Shown here: in pieces, positions 8,887 through 17,243 of the stretch
Layout: every line of letters starts with the position of its first letter
Position numbering within the stretch: position 1 is the stretch's first letter
IMG/VR virus record: IMGVR_UViG_3300037483_000378
Coordinates: 1-64,000 of that record
Length of the DNA stretch: 64,000 bases
From: a virus
Lineage: Duplodnaviria > Caudoviricetes
Reading direction: 5' to 3' (one strand)
Position numbers and translations under genes: made by a program
Notes under the pieces: generated by a model
What the model saw: only the letters and a program-made list of their open reading frames with translations
Database searches by the model: none
What the model was told of the DNA's origin: nothing

Positions 8887-9031
8887 TTAGTCCTCCCTCG
8901 TCGTGGTTGGCTCCGGCCTGCGTGTCCGCCGATCCCGCCATACTGGCCGCCGCTCCGTGAGACGTAGCGGGGTCCGTCGCCCGAGCGAGCGGGCGCGGAC
9001 CGAACATGTCCGGCTGATAGATTCCGGTCAC
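8887..9031 (-). pseudogene. Possible truncated remnant of an ARxTDPxTSH-type phage gene
   Basis: GTG overlapping upstream stop gives VTGIYQPDMFGPRPLARATDPATSHGAAASM, but this frame does not end at the TAA (8887) preceding the next gene. Confidence 0.3.
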
Positions 9032-10500
9032 GACGTCTCCTCCTTCGCCTTCGCCTTGATGCGGAAGCTGAACCGCATCTCGTAAAACGAGCGCGACCGC
9101 GCCCCGATCCGGCAGCACTCGCGGTGGAACGCGTGCGTTAGATGGTCTTCCACGGAGTCGTGCGCGCACTCATGAATCAGGAGCGCGTCGAGCGCTTCGT
9201 CGTCGCCATCCAAGATCGCCCGCTGCGCTTCCGGCGCTGCGATGTTGAAGGCGAGCTGGCCCTTGGCGCAGAATGCCTCGAACGGCAGGCCCGCGTCGTC
9301 GTAGAACGTGACCGCCATCGCATGTCCGAGCACGTGGTCCGCGAACGCCTCTGCGTAGCGCGCCGTCTGTACCATGGCGTCCGTCCACTTCGAGCGATCT
9401 ACCGGCGGAACGCCGTCCCTGCTCAGCGTCACGCGTCCGTCGGAGAACACCTTGCCGGCCGCCGGGATCGCCTCCGCGCGCCGCACCGACGCCCACGCCG
9501 CCTTCGGTAGCTCGGCGCCGTGGATGACGCGGTACCCGGCGTCTAGGGCGAGCTTGTTCGATTCCGGCGCCGATGGGTCGAACACCACCGCCTTCTCGCC
9601 AAAGCGGCGCGTCACGATCGCGCGCACCGCGTCGTCGTCCTCGATACTCGGGAGGGCCTCCGTAACCCACCCCTCGCGGCTCGTGTTCTCGTCCATCCGA
9701 GCGGCCATGATCTCTGCCGCCGCCGACTCGATCGCCTGCCGGTACCCGTACCGTACCGACGCGCGGTCGAGCGACAGTGGCACCTTCTGCCCTACCTCGA
9801 CGTGCCACGGGCAGTTGAGCTTGTCGATCGGAATGCCCATCTCGTAAAGCTGCGCGCGCTCCCCGTCCAGCGTCTCGTAGAGGCGGAGCACCGTGCTGCG
9901 CTTCACGTACCGGAACCCGCCTTCCTCGCCGCGTACCTCCGTCTCCAAGGAACGCTCGTCCTCGGCAATCGGCTCGCGGCTCGGAAGCACGCGGCCGTTG
10001 ATCGTCGTCTGAATGCCTGGCGGCGGGATAAGCAGACTTGTGAACGCGATCGCCTCCCGAAGCTGCTCGCGTGTCATGCGCAGCCGTGCCGACAGTATGC
10101 TTCCCGCCTCCGTCCGCTTCCCGCTTCGCGTCCGCCCCTTTGCGCTGAAGATCACGGTGCCTTTCGTGCTCGTCACGCGCGCCTCGTCAGCGACCGACAG
10201 CAGGAGCTTTTCGCCAACGTTGAACCGCCCGCGCTGCTCCGGGTTGTCGAGCTTGTACGAAGACCGGAAGATCATGTAAGAGTCCGCGAGGTCGCGGAAC
10301 CCGTCCGGGTTATCGTCCTTCACCTCGATACGCACGCGCGGCGAGCCGCCTACTGGATGAAGCTGCACATCTACGCGCGTCACCTTCTCGTCCCACGCGT
10401 TCTGGATCGGCTCCGTGATGATGAAGCTCATCCCGCGCCGCTTCGCGATTTCGGCGAGCCCATCACGGTCTACCTCGAACCAACTGGCGTTCTTCGCCAT
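9028..10500 (-). CDS. GHKL (Hsp90/MORC-like) ATPase with C-terminal HExxH motif
   Basis: EPIQNAWD (N box), DDNPDG (G1), RGRFNVGEK (G2); LLIHECAH near the C-terminus. Confidence 0.85.
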   Translation of the reverse strand: MAKNASWFEVDRDGLAEIAKRRGMSFIITEPIQNAWDEKVTRVDVQLHPVGGSPRVRIEVKDDNPDGFRDLADSYMIFRSSYKLDNPEQRGRFNVGEKLLLSVADEARVTSTKGTVIFSAKGRTRSGKRTEAGSILSARLRMTREQLREAIAFTSLLIPPPGIQTTINGRVLPSREPIAEDERSLETEVRGEEGGFRYVKRSTVLRLYETLDGERAQLYEMGIPIDKLNCPWHVEVGQKVPLSLDRASVRYGYRQAIESAAAEIMAARMDENTSREGWVTEALPSIEDDDAVRAIVTRRFGEKAVVFDPSAPESNKLALDAGYRVIHGAELPKAAWASVRRAEAIPAAGKVFSDGRVTLSRDGVPPVDRSKWTDAMVQTARYAEAFADHVLGHAMAVTFYDDAGLPFEAFCAKGQLAFNIAAPEAQRAILDGDDEALDALLIHECAHDSVEDHLTHAFHRECCRIGARSRSFYEMRFSFRIKAKAKEETS

Positions 10501-10501
10501 C

Positions 10502-10648
10502 TCAGGCCCTCACCTCCCTCTGCCGAGCCGGGCACGCACGCTTCACCGCGAACACCGCCAGCCTACCGTCCCGCTGGCGCTTGACCTCTACGCGCCACCC
10601 GGACATCTGGTACTGCCGCGCGATTTCCCGCGCCGTCTGCTTCATCAT
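10502..10648 (-). CDS. 48-aa microprotein (paralog of 7521-7688)
   Basis: RBS GAGGAGG; MMKQTAREIARQYQMSGWRVEVKRQRDGRLAVFAVKRACPARQREVRA. Confidence 0.7.
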   Translation of the reverse strand: MMKQTAREIARQYQMSGWRVEVKRQRDGRLAVFAVKRACPARQREVRA

Positions 10649-10974
10649 ACGACCTCCTCGTTTGTAGGTGATGGAACCTGATCCTTACCTTTCAGCCACG
10701 TACGTACGTTCTCCGCCGACCCCCATGATGGAGATGGTAGTTGCTCCCAGCAGAACCGTACGATGCCCGGTAGGTGCCGGATATTTACGGCGTCGGCCCT
10801 CGCGCATGCATCCCGCAGGTCGTTCTCCAGAACGGCGCGAAGGAAGTCGCCCGTTGGGACGCGATGGTGCCAGTAGCGCAGGAGCGATAAGACTACCTCC
10901 TGCGGACAGTACAAGGGGTCGTTGGCGTTTTCCGCTGCGTCGTCGTCGGCCATCATATCGTCCGTCAGGCTCAT
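10645..10974 (-). CDS. Conserved phage hypothetical protein
   Basis: PTGDFLRAVLENDL..A..RAD..N...WGS pattern recalled from phage genomes. Confidence 0.7.
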   Translation of the reverse strand: MSLTDDMMADDDAAENANDPLYCPQEVVLSLLRYWHHRVPTGDFLRAVLENDLRDACARADAVNIRHLPGIVRFCWEQLPSPSWGSAENVRTWLKGKDQVPSPTNEEVV

Positions 10975-10976
10975 CG

Positions 10977-11234
10977 TTACTCCGTCCTTTCGGGCTCTGC
11001 GGCCCGCCGTTGGATTCTTCCCTCGATGCTCGCGGCGATCCGCTCCAGCTTGTGCGCGGCCGCGCCTAACTCCTTCGCCAACTGCCACTCGTCCAGGTCA
11101 CGAGCGTGCCCCAACCCGCATCCCGAACACTTCACCGTTTCGGCCGTCAAGTCCGCCATCTCGGCACGGACCCGCCGCGCGGTCGCCCGCAGGACTTCCG
11201 CCATCATCACGGCCCGCTCGTCCGTCATCCGCAT
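10977..11234 (-). CDS. Small CxxC-containing hypothetical protein
   Basis: KCSGCG; packed in operon. Confidence 0.55.
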   Translation of the reverse strand: MRMTDERAVMMAEVLRATARRVRAEMADLTAETVKCSGCGLGHARDLDEWQLAKELGAAAHKLERIAASIEGRIQRRAAEPERTE

Positions 11235-11491
11235 GGCATCCTCCTCGCAACGCCCCGCTCTTCGTCGATCCTCGCCTGCTCCAACCGCGCGTGGGCCTTA
11301 GCCGTCCCAGTACAGCGCGCGCAGAGGTTGTCGGCCATCGGCTCCATGGGCCGCTCGCACTGGTTGCACCGGCCCTGCTCCCCGCACGGACTCTTGTCGT
11401 GGCCCTCCGTGTCCAGGGAATACCCGCAGTCCGGGCACGTCCCCGTGCGGCGGACCCAGCGGACCCGCTCGATCGTCGTGGCGTTCATCAT
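11225..11491 (-). CDS. Cys-rich zinc-finger protein
   Basis: CPDC, CNQC, CARC. Confidence 0.6.
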   Translation of the reverse strand: MMNATTIERVRWVRRTGTCPDCGYSLDTEGHDKSPCGEQGRCNQCERPMEPMADNLCARCTGTAKAHARLEQARIDEERGVARRMPCG

Positions 11492-12015
11492 GTTTCTCCC
11501 GTCAAGTTGCTGCGGGCGCGCCTCGCGGCGTGTAGCCTTCGCAGGTAGGCGCCGTCCCATAGGTCGGTGCGGTGTTCGTTGGCGGCCCTCAGAAACGCGC
11601 CCTCATTTGTGAGAATGCTCAGGTAGTGGGCCAGCGCCACGTCCGCTGGTGGTATCCACTCGTCCGGGTGAAGGCAATACGTCGCCGTAGCGAACCACCG
11701 GCTCCCGTGTCGCTCTACGCGCTGCGTAGTCCCGGTAGACGGGATGACGCGGTACCTGCCTCCCGCCGTGCCGGTCACGGTCACGTAGCGATTGCGCCGA
11801 AGCTCTGCGCGTTCCCCGTACGTCAGCCATGACTGCAAGAGTCGCATTGCCCGCCGCTGCGGCTTCCTACTCCGCCGCTCGCGAAGTAGGCAGCACGCGG
11901 CGGCTATGACGTCTCCCGCCTCCCTTGAAGAGATCCGGTCCCACGGGACCTGATCGGGCGCTACCCAACCGTCCGCCAGTTGCCGCGCGAGCGACGCGAC
12001 TTCCTCCGACGTCAT
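11488..12015 (-). CDS. Hypothetical protein coupled to the GG-terminated protein
   Basis: ATGA overlap; GGRYRV and YCLHP..IPPADVALA motifs. Confidence 0.7.
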   Translation of the reverse strand: MTSEEVASLARQLADGWVAPDQVPWDRISSREAGDVIAAACCLLRERRSRKPQRRAMRLLQSWLTYGERAELRRNRYVTVTGTAGGRYRVIPSTGTTQRVERHGSRWFATATYCLHPDEWIPPADVALAHYLSILTNEGAFLRAANEHRTDLWDGAYLRRLHAARRARSNLTGET

Positions 12016-12284
12016 CCGCCCCTCATCGGCGCCACGGCCACCGTCTTCCTGGCCCGCTTCCGAAACGAGCGCACCTGCCGCAGACGTCCATCGAGCGAAC
12101 TGGCTGACGGGTCCACGCCCTCTACCTCATCCGCGTCCACGCTCGCCGACGCGAAGAACGCGAACCCGGCGGCGCGCATGCTCTCGAACTCTACCCGCGC
12201 CTTGGCGACGGACGCAGGATCATCCGGGTCCCACCGGAGCGTGACATGGCCGGTCGGGTCGAGGATCTCCATCTCGCAGATCAT
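12012..12284 (-). CDS. 90-aa protein ending in Gly-Gly (candidate ubiquitin-like beta-grasp protein)
   Basis: C-terminus KTVAVAPMRGG; beta-beta-alpha-beta pattern judged by eye. Confidence 0.7.
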   Translation of the reverse strand: MICEMEILDPTGHVTLRWDPDDPASVAKARVEFESMRAAGFAFFASASVDADEVEGVDPSASSLDGRLRQVRSFRKRARKTVAVAPMRGG

Positions 12285-12484
12285 GGCCGTGCCTCCTGGC
12301 CACGCTCGCGTCGGGCCGCCTGAATCCGTAGGGCCGCGCGCTCCGCTTCGGCCGTCGCGCTCTCGCGAGCGTCTACCTGCGAGAACCCGAGCGCCACGGC
12401 CTCGCGGTACCGTTCCGCGTACGCGTCACCGACCCTACGATCAGGGTGCCCGCTCACGCGCCACTCTTTCCGATCCCAGCTCAT
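12281..12484 (-). CDS. Hypothetical protein
   Basis: Coupled ORF. Confidence 0.5.
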   Translation of the reverse strand: MSWDRKEWRVSGHPDRRVGDAYAERYREAVALGFSQVDARESATAEAERAALRIQAARRERGQEARP

Positions 12485-12684
12485 AGGTCGTCCTCCTCTC
12501 GGTTGCGTAGCGGTCTGCGTGACGCGTCGTCGATCCGCGCTGCACGTCTCGTGTCTCCGTATCGGTCGGCGTGCTCCTGGTCGGCCGATTCGCCGCGCTC
12601 CAGCATCTGGCCGTCTGGGTCAGTGGCCAGATCCATGTCGGTCCCGTCCACGCCTTCGATGCCGTCCCAGTCTTCGTCAGCCAT
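12481..12684 (-). CDS. Small acidic protein
   Basis: RBS GGAGGGAAAGG; D/E-rich MADEDWDGIEG... Confidence 0.55.
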   Translation of the reverse strand: MADEDWDGIEGVDGTDMDLATDPDGQMLERGESADQEHADRYGDTRRAARIDDASRRPLRNREEDDL

Positions 12685-12744
12685 CGTCCTTTCCCTCCGG
12701 TTCGTCAGTGGCGGCTCCATCGTCCGCCCGGTTAGTACGTCCCA

Positions 12745-12824
12745 TCGGCTCGCCGGGAATCGAACCCGGGCGCCGCATCGCTCAGCCCCAGCTCAGCGTG
12801 CCGCGCATTACCCTTGCCGAGCCA
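12745..12824 (-). ncRNA. tRNA-like element with aberrant anticodon arm
   Basis: Acceptor UGGCUCG/CGAGCCG, T arm CCGGG-UUCGAUU-CCCGG, D-like GCA-AGGGUAA-UGC, long arm with 4-nt loop. Confidence 0.6.
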
Positions 12825-12880
12825 CTCCGGGCATGACCCCGGACGCGCGGCCGAACCGCGCTCGCCCCTTCCCCCTCGTC

Positions 12881-14083
12881 CTACTCGATCGGCACTACCT
12901 CACCGAACGGCGCCGCACGCCTCTTACCCGTCACGGCCCAGAGTACCGGGACGTCCGGCTCCGCGTCGGGGAAACTCCCAGCTAGGTCCGTGAGGTAGAT
13001 CACGCAGGCCGGGTCGTCGTACCGCTCCCGCACGGCATCGAACACCGGCTCGAATCGCGTGCCGCCTCCGCCTCGCGGCGTGAGCTTGATCGGGTCGCCG
13101 GGCTCGAACTCCTCCACGCCCTGCACGACTGCGTCCGCGTAGATTACGACCACGCGCTCCGGCTGCACGTCCTCCGCGATCGCAGTGATCTCCGCCGTGA
13201 ACTGCGCCAGCGTCACGTCATCTACCGAGCCCGACGTGTCGACGGCCACGATGATCGGCCTGACCTGCTCGCTCCGCAGCGCCGGAAGGTATAGCCCCCG
13301 CGCCAGATACCGCCCGCTCGGGCGCATCCAGGAGTAGTCGGCCCGAGCCGCGGCCGTGACGAAGCGCCGGAGCACGGAGCGCCAGTCCACGCGGGGCCGC
13401 GCCGCATCCCGGGCGAACCGCTCGGCTGCTCCCGGCAGGTTGCCCCTCTGCCTCGCCGCCGCCGCTGCCTGCTGGACCGCCTGCTGCCAGTCGGCCTCCG
13501 TCTGCCCCTCCGGCACGTCCGCCGGGGCATCACGTACCTCGCCCGGAGCCTCGCACGGCCCCGCCGCTGCCCCTACGCCTGTCGTGGGGGCTCTCCCCTC
13601 CCCCTTCTCCCCCCCGGCCTGCCCGTCAGGCTCCTCAGGCCCCGTAGCGTCGTCCTCCACCCCGGCCCCATCGCCTTCCGGCGGGCCTACTGGGAGCCGG
13701 TCGTAGATCCACTCCGCCGTCTTGCCGTCGTTGGCCGGGTCGAGCAGCCCGCCCTCCGGTAGCAGGAACCCGCTCGCGGCGAGCATCGGGTTGATCGCAT
13801 GGTCGCACGCCACGTTCCACCGCTTCAGGTCCCGGCCCGCGCGCCGCCAGGGGTGGCCGAGCGCGCAGTGGCTCACCTCGTGGGCGAGCGTCCCGACCGT
13901 CTCCGCGTGCGTCAAGCTCTCAATGAACGTCGGGCTGTAGCCGAGCGTCACGCCGTCTACCCATGCGGTCTTGCACGTCGGGTCCTCTACCACCTTGAGC
14001 CGCAGGGCGAGCGAGCCCCAGAACGGCTGGTCGAGGACGAGCGCCGTGCGCGCCGCCTGAACCTTCCGGAACGCGTCCGTCAT
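12881..14083 (-). CDS. DUF2201-type metallopeptidase + VWA domain protein
   Basis: AHEVSH (HExxH), acidic linker, VAVDTSGS MIDAS, GGGGTRF, IYLTD. Confidence 0.9.
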   Translation of the reverse strand: MTDAFRKVQAARTALVLDQPFWGSLALRLKVVEDPTCKTAWVDGVTLGYSPTFIESLTHAETVGTLAHEVSHCALGHPWRRAGRDLKRWNVACDHAINPMLAASGFLLPEGGLLDPANDGKTAEWIYDRLPVGPPEGDGAGVEDDATGPEEPDGQAGGEKGEGRAPTTGVGAAAGPCEAPGEVRDAPADVPEGQTEADWQQAVQQAAAAARQRGNLPGAAERFARDAARPRVDWRSVLRRFVTAAARADYSWMRPSGRYLARGLYLPALRSEQVRPIIVAVDTSGSVDDVTLAQFTAEITAIAEDVQPERVVVIYADAVVQGVEEFEPGDPIKLTPRGGGGTRFEPVFDAVRERYDDPACVIYLTDLAGSFPDAEPDVPVLWAVTGKRRAAPFGEVVPIE

Positions 14084-14087
14084 GGTC

Positions 14088-15041
14088 TCAGTCCTCCGTG
14101 GGCTGATAGAAGTCCGACATGGCGGCCAGGATCGAATCCACGCGTGCCGCCGCTTCGATCCGGGCCAGGTCGTCGGTCTTGATGTCCTCGACGCTGAAGC
14201 CGCCCAGCTCCTCGATCACGCGCTGCCGCATGGCTTCGAGCGACGGGTCGCCGGTGACGTTCAGGGCGCCGAGCGCCTCAGCCGTCTCGATGAGGTTCGT
14301 GACCACGGAGCGATGGAACGGCGGCAGCTTGCCGTCCTTCCCTTCCGCGCGCTCCGCTTCGGCACGGGCGGCGATGCGCTCGCCCATGTGACGCACGGCC
14401 TGGTAAAGCCTGTCCCAGGCGTCGCGCATCGCGACGTCGATGGCCTCCGCGACGCGACGCGTCACGCTGTCTGCGATCACCCGCCGCTCCTCGTCGGGAA
14501 GCTCCAGGCGGAAGTCGTTGCCGCTCGGCAGCGGCGCGAACTCGACCGCGATGCCGAACCGCGCCCTCACATCGGCGGGCGATGGGTAGTCCTGTTCCCG
14601 ATAGAGCCCGTTAAGGTCGGCCCTGGCCTGCTTCTTCAGCTCGTCGTACCGGGCGAGCAGTGCATCTACGGCTGCGTCCAGCGCGGCATGCTGCTCGCGG
14701 ATCTTCGCGCTGAACGTCATGTAGGCGGCGCTCGGCAGTAGTCGCCAGCCGTCGTCCTTCCACGGCAGCGAGTTCTCCCAGAGGATCATGCGCGCCTGCA
14801 CGGAAGCCCGCACCGCAGCACGATGCTCCGGGGCGTTGTTCGCGAATAGGTGCTTACGGTACTTTCCCGCATCCCTCGACGCGGCGTGCTCGCGGTTTAC
14901 CTCGTCCGTCACCTGCTTGTCCGTCACGTTCGCGCCCCAGAAGGAGCAGCGCACGGAGACGAGCATGGCGCGGGAGTGGATGTCTGCCGGCTCCGTCACG
15001 GTCGGGCGGCTCTCGCCATTGCTGATGTCGTTGGCGGTCAT
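14088..15041 (-). CDS. DUF3150-like helical protein
   Basis: LPWKDDGWRLLP and DYPSPADVRARF; position between AAA and VWA genes. Confidence 0.7.
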   Translation of the reverse strand: MTANDISNGESRPTVTEPADIHSRAMLVSVRCSFWGANVTDKQVTDEVNREHAASRDAGKYRKHLFANNAPEHRAAVRASVQARMILWENSLPWKDDGWRLLPSAAYMTFSAKIREQHAALDAAVDALLARYDELKKQARADLNGLYREQDYPSPADVRARFGIAVEFAPLPSGNDFRLELPDEERRVIADSVTRRVAEAIDVAMRDAWDRLYQAVRHMGERIAARAEAERAEGKDGKLPPFHRSVVTNLIETAEALGALNVTGDPSLEAMRQRVIEELGGFSVEDIKTDDLARIEAAARVDSILAAMSDFYQPTED

Positions 15042-15046
15042 GGCTT

Positions 15047-16072
15047 CTAATTCCCCCCGGTGATAAGGTTGCCGAGGTCGCCCGTCGCGAGACGGACGAA
15101 CTCAACGGTCTGCGTGATGGCGGCATCCTTCCGCGCAGCGTCGCGGACGAGCAGGGCGGCGAACTCCCCGGCCCCTCCGTCCGTGAGCCGCTCTGCGTAG
15201 CGAGCGACGCGGCCGAAATTCCGCTCAGTGCTCCGCATCGCGAGCGCTGTGACGACGGCATACCGCGTCGCGGGCTGCTCTGGGATCGGCGCGGCGTCCG
15301 GGTCCATCAAAATGGCGTCGATGCTCGGCAGATCCCGGTAGAGCCGGAGGAACGCGCCGAACTCCACGGCCGCCGCTTCGCCCACGGCGCCGACGATGGC
15401 CTGGTGCTGGAGGGCCATCGGTAGCCCGAGCGCCAGGAGCTTCCCGGCGTGCGCCCACGTGCGGGGCACCGGGCTGTTCGTCAGGTCCGCCGTTGCCTGG
15501 AACGCGCAGAGCAGGTCGGGCCGGAACCGCAGGAAGGCGATCAGCTCGGCGGGCACGTCGTTGGCGAACGCCCACCGGCACCAGTCGTCGAGGTCGGCTT
15601 CAAGTTCGACGATCGCCGCGAACCGGCTCTTCACCGGCTCCAGAATACCGCTCACCCCGGCGCGGTCCGTGCGTCGGTTCGTCGCGGCGATGAACGTCAC
15701 GCAGCCAGGCAGCAGGTGGCCGTTGACGCGCCGCGCCAAGAGCAGCTGCATGAAGCTCGCCTGTACGGACGGGGGCGCTTGCCCCAGGTCGTCCAGAAAC
15801 CACACCGTCGGCTTCGTGGCGCGAATCGCCTGCGCCAGCTCGCCGAACGGCAGGAACGTTGCGCTGTCCCCGTCCTTCGCGATCCACGGGAGCCCCTTGG
15901 CGTCCGTCGGGTCGGCGACGGCCGGGTGCGAGATGATGACGTCGGCCCCGGCGTCCTTGGCCGCCTGAGCGACGATGTCCGACTTGCCAACTCCCGGTGC
16001 CCCGGTGACGAGCACTGGCAGGCGGGCCGCGATCATGCGACCAAGGATGGTCGCGAGGTCTGATGGCTTCAT
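15047..16072 (-). CDS. MoxR/dynein-related AAA+ ATPase
   Basis: Walker A GAPGVGKS, Walker B WFLDD, AATNR, KSRF, PVPRTW. Confidence 0.9.
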   Translation of the reverse strand: MKPSDLATILGRMIAARLPVLVTGAPGVGKSDIVAQAAKDAGADVIISHPAVADPTDAKGLPWIAKDGDSATFLPFGELAQAIRATKPTVWFLDDLGQAPPSVQASFMQLLLARRVNGHLLPGCVTFIAATNRRTDRAGVSGILEPVKSRFAAIVELEADLDDWCRWAFANDVPAELIAFLRFRPDLLCAFQATADLTNSPVPRTWAHAGKLLALGLPMALQHQAIVGAVGEAAAVEFGAFLRLYRDLPSIDAILMDPDAAPIPEQPATRYAVVTALAMRSTERNFGRVARYAERLTDGGAGEFAALLVRDAARKDAAITQTVEFVRLATGDLGNLITGGN

Positions 16073-16088
16073 GAGTGGTCGTTCTCCG

Positions 16089-16547
16089 TCAGATGAGGTC
16101 CGTGAGGTCGTTGGCGATGATCACGTTCATCATCACGCTCTCGATCTCAAATTCCAGGTCGTCGATCATCACCTCGTCGACCCCGAGAAGGTCGGCCGCA
16201 TCGTTTAGGGCGAGGATCAGGTCATCCCGCTTCTGCCTGAGGCCGCGAACGGCACGCAGCTTCTTGCTCATATCAACCATCTGCTCGGGCGTGTACCGCC
16301 GGAGCGTGGTCGGATTGACGAACGTGCGCACGGTCGACGAGACGTCGGTGTCGTGAACCCCACTCGGCGTCACGGCGACTTCGACGATCACCTCGCCAGT
16401 CGCGCCGTCAAAGATACGAGCGGTGGTGTCGGCGGCGTCGGCGTTGCGGATGACTAACAGCGCCTCTTCCAGGGTCAGGCCGACGTGCGTGCTGACGTCG
16501 TTGATGGACACCTCGTGGTTCGGCGTGCTGGGCGAGTACGAGTCCAT
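16089..16547 (-). CDS. Acidic hypothetical protein
   Basis: RBS AAAGGAG; acidic helical C-terminus. Confidence 0.65.
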   Translation of the reverse strand: MDSYSPSTPNHEVSINDVSTHVGLTLEEALLVIRNADAADTTARIFDGATGEVIVEVAVTPSGVHDTDVSSTVRTFVNPTTLRRYTPEQMVDMSKKLRAVRGLRQKRDDLILALNDAADLLGVDEVMIDDLEFEIESVMMNVIIANDLTDLI

Positions 16548-16623
16548 GGTGATGCTCCTTTGGTTTTGCGCCGCTCATCGGCGGCAGTGAAGTAGTCAGC
16601 CGATCCCGTTCCTACGCTGCGCG

Positions 16624-16653
16624 TCAGCCAGCGCGCGTCGTCGTCGTGCTCAT
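16624..16653 (-). CDS. Possible 9-aa leader peptide MSTTTTRAG
   Basis: RBS GAGAGGAAA; four consecutive ACG codons. Confidence 0.3.
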   Translation of the reverse strand: MSTTTTRAG

Positions 16654-16757
16654 GGTGTTTCCTCTCCGCTTCGGGAGTCGTGATCGCCGGGGCCGCCCCC
16701 CGGTAGGGCCGTACCTGCTAAGGAGCGGCAGGGGGTCGAACCCTGCCGCCCGATGAA

Positions 16758-17090
16758 CTACGCGGACGCGAGCCTGCCGCCGCGCTCGCTGAACGCTACC
16801 CACTCCGGCCCCTTCGCGTGCGACCGCTTCCGATCGTACGTGCCGAAGTGCGCGCCCCACGTCCCGCCGTCGCGGCGGGTCAGCCAGAGGCACCGCCCTT
16901 CGATCGGCCAGTGGTAGGAGTTCGGCACCCAGCCGTCGAGGTAGATCGTCACTCTCACGATGCGCTGGTCCTTGGCGATGGCGGCCCAAAGCCCAACGCT
17001 GGCCACCGGCTCCACTGCCTCCGCTTCTCCGATGATGAGCAGTCGCGCCGTCACCGTTGCCGTTGCCTGCCTCTGCGTTGTCGCGTTCAT
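16758..17090 (-). CDS. Hypothetical protein (first gene of early operon)
   Basis: RBS GAGGAG; start MNATTQ. Confidence 0.65.
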   Translation of the reverse strand: MNATTQRQATATVTARLLIIGEAEAVEPVASVGLWAAIAKDQRIVRVTIYLDGWVPNSYHWPIEGRCLWLTRRDGGTWGAHFGTYDRKRSHAKGPEWVAFSERGGRLASA

Positions 17091-17167
17091 CGTCTGCTCC
17101 TCGTTGTGCCGCTCATTGGCGGCGTTGAACCAAAAAGGACGCGCGCGGGTGCACGCGTATAAAGGTA

Positions 17168-17243
17168 TGCGGGCTGGAGGGAGTCGAACCCTCATGCCGG
17201 GAACCGCCCTGGGCTCCCTGGCCGCCTCCGCAGGCCAGCCCGC
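17168..17243 (-). ncRNA. tRNA-like element (8-bp acceptor, 5-bp T stem, 6-nt central loop)
   Basis: GCGGGCUG/CAGCCCGC+A; T arm GAGGG-UUCGACU-CCCUC; CCUG/CAGG arm; GAGCC-CAGGGC-GGUUC arm. Confidence 0.6.
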
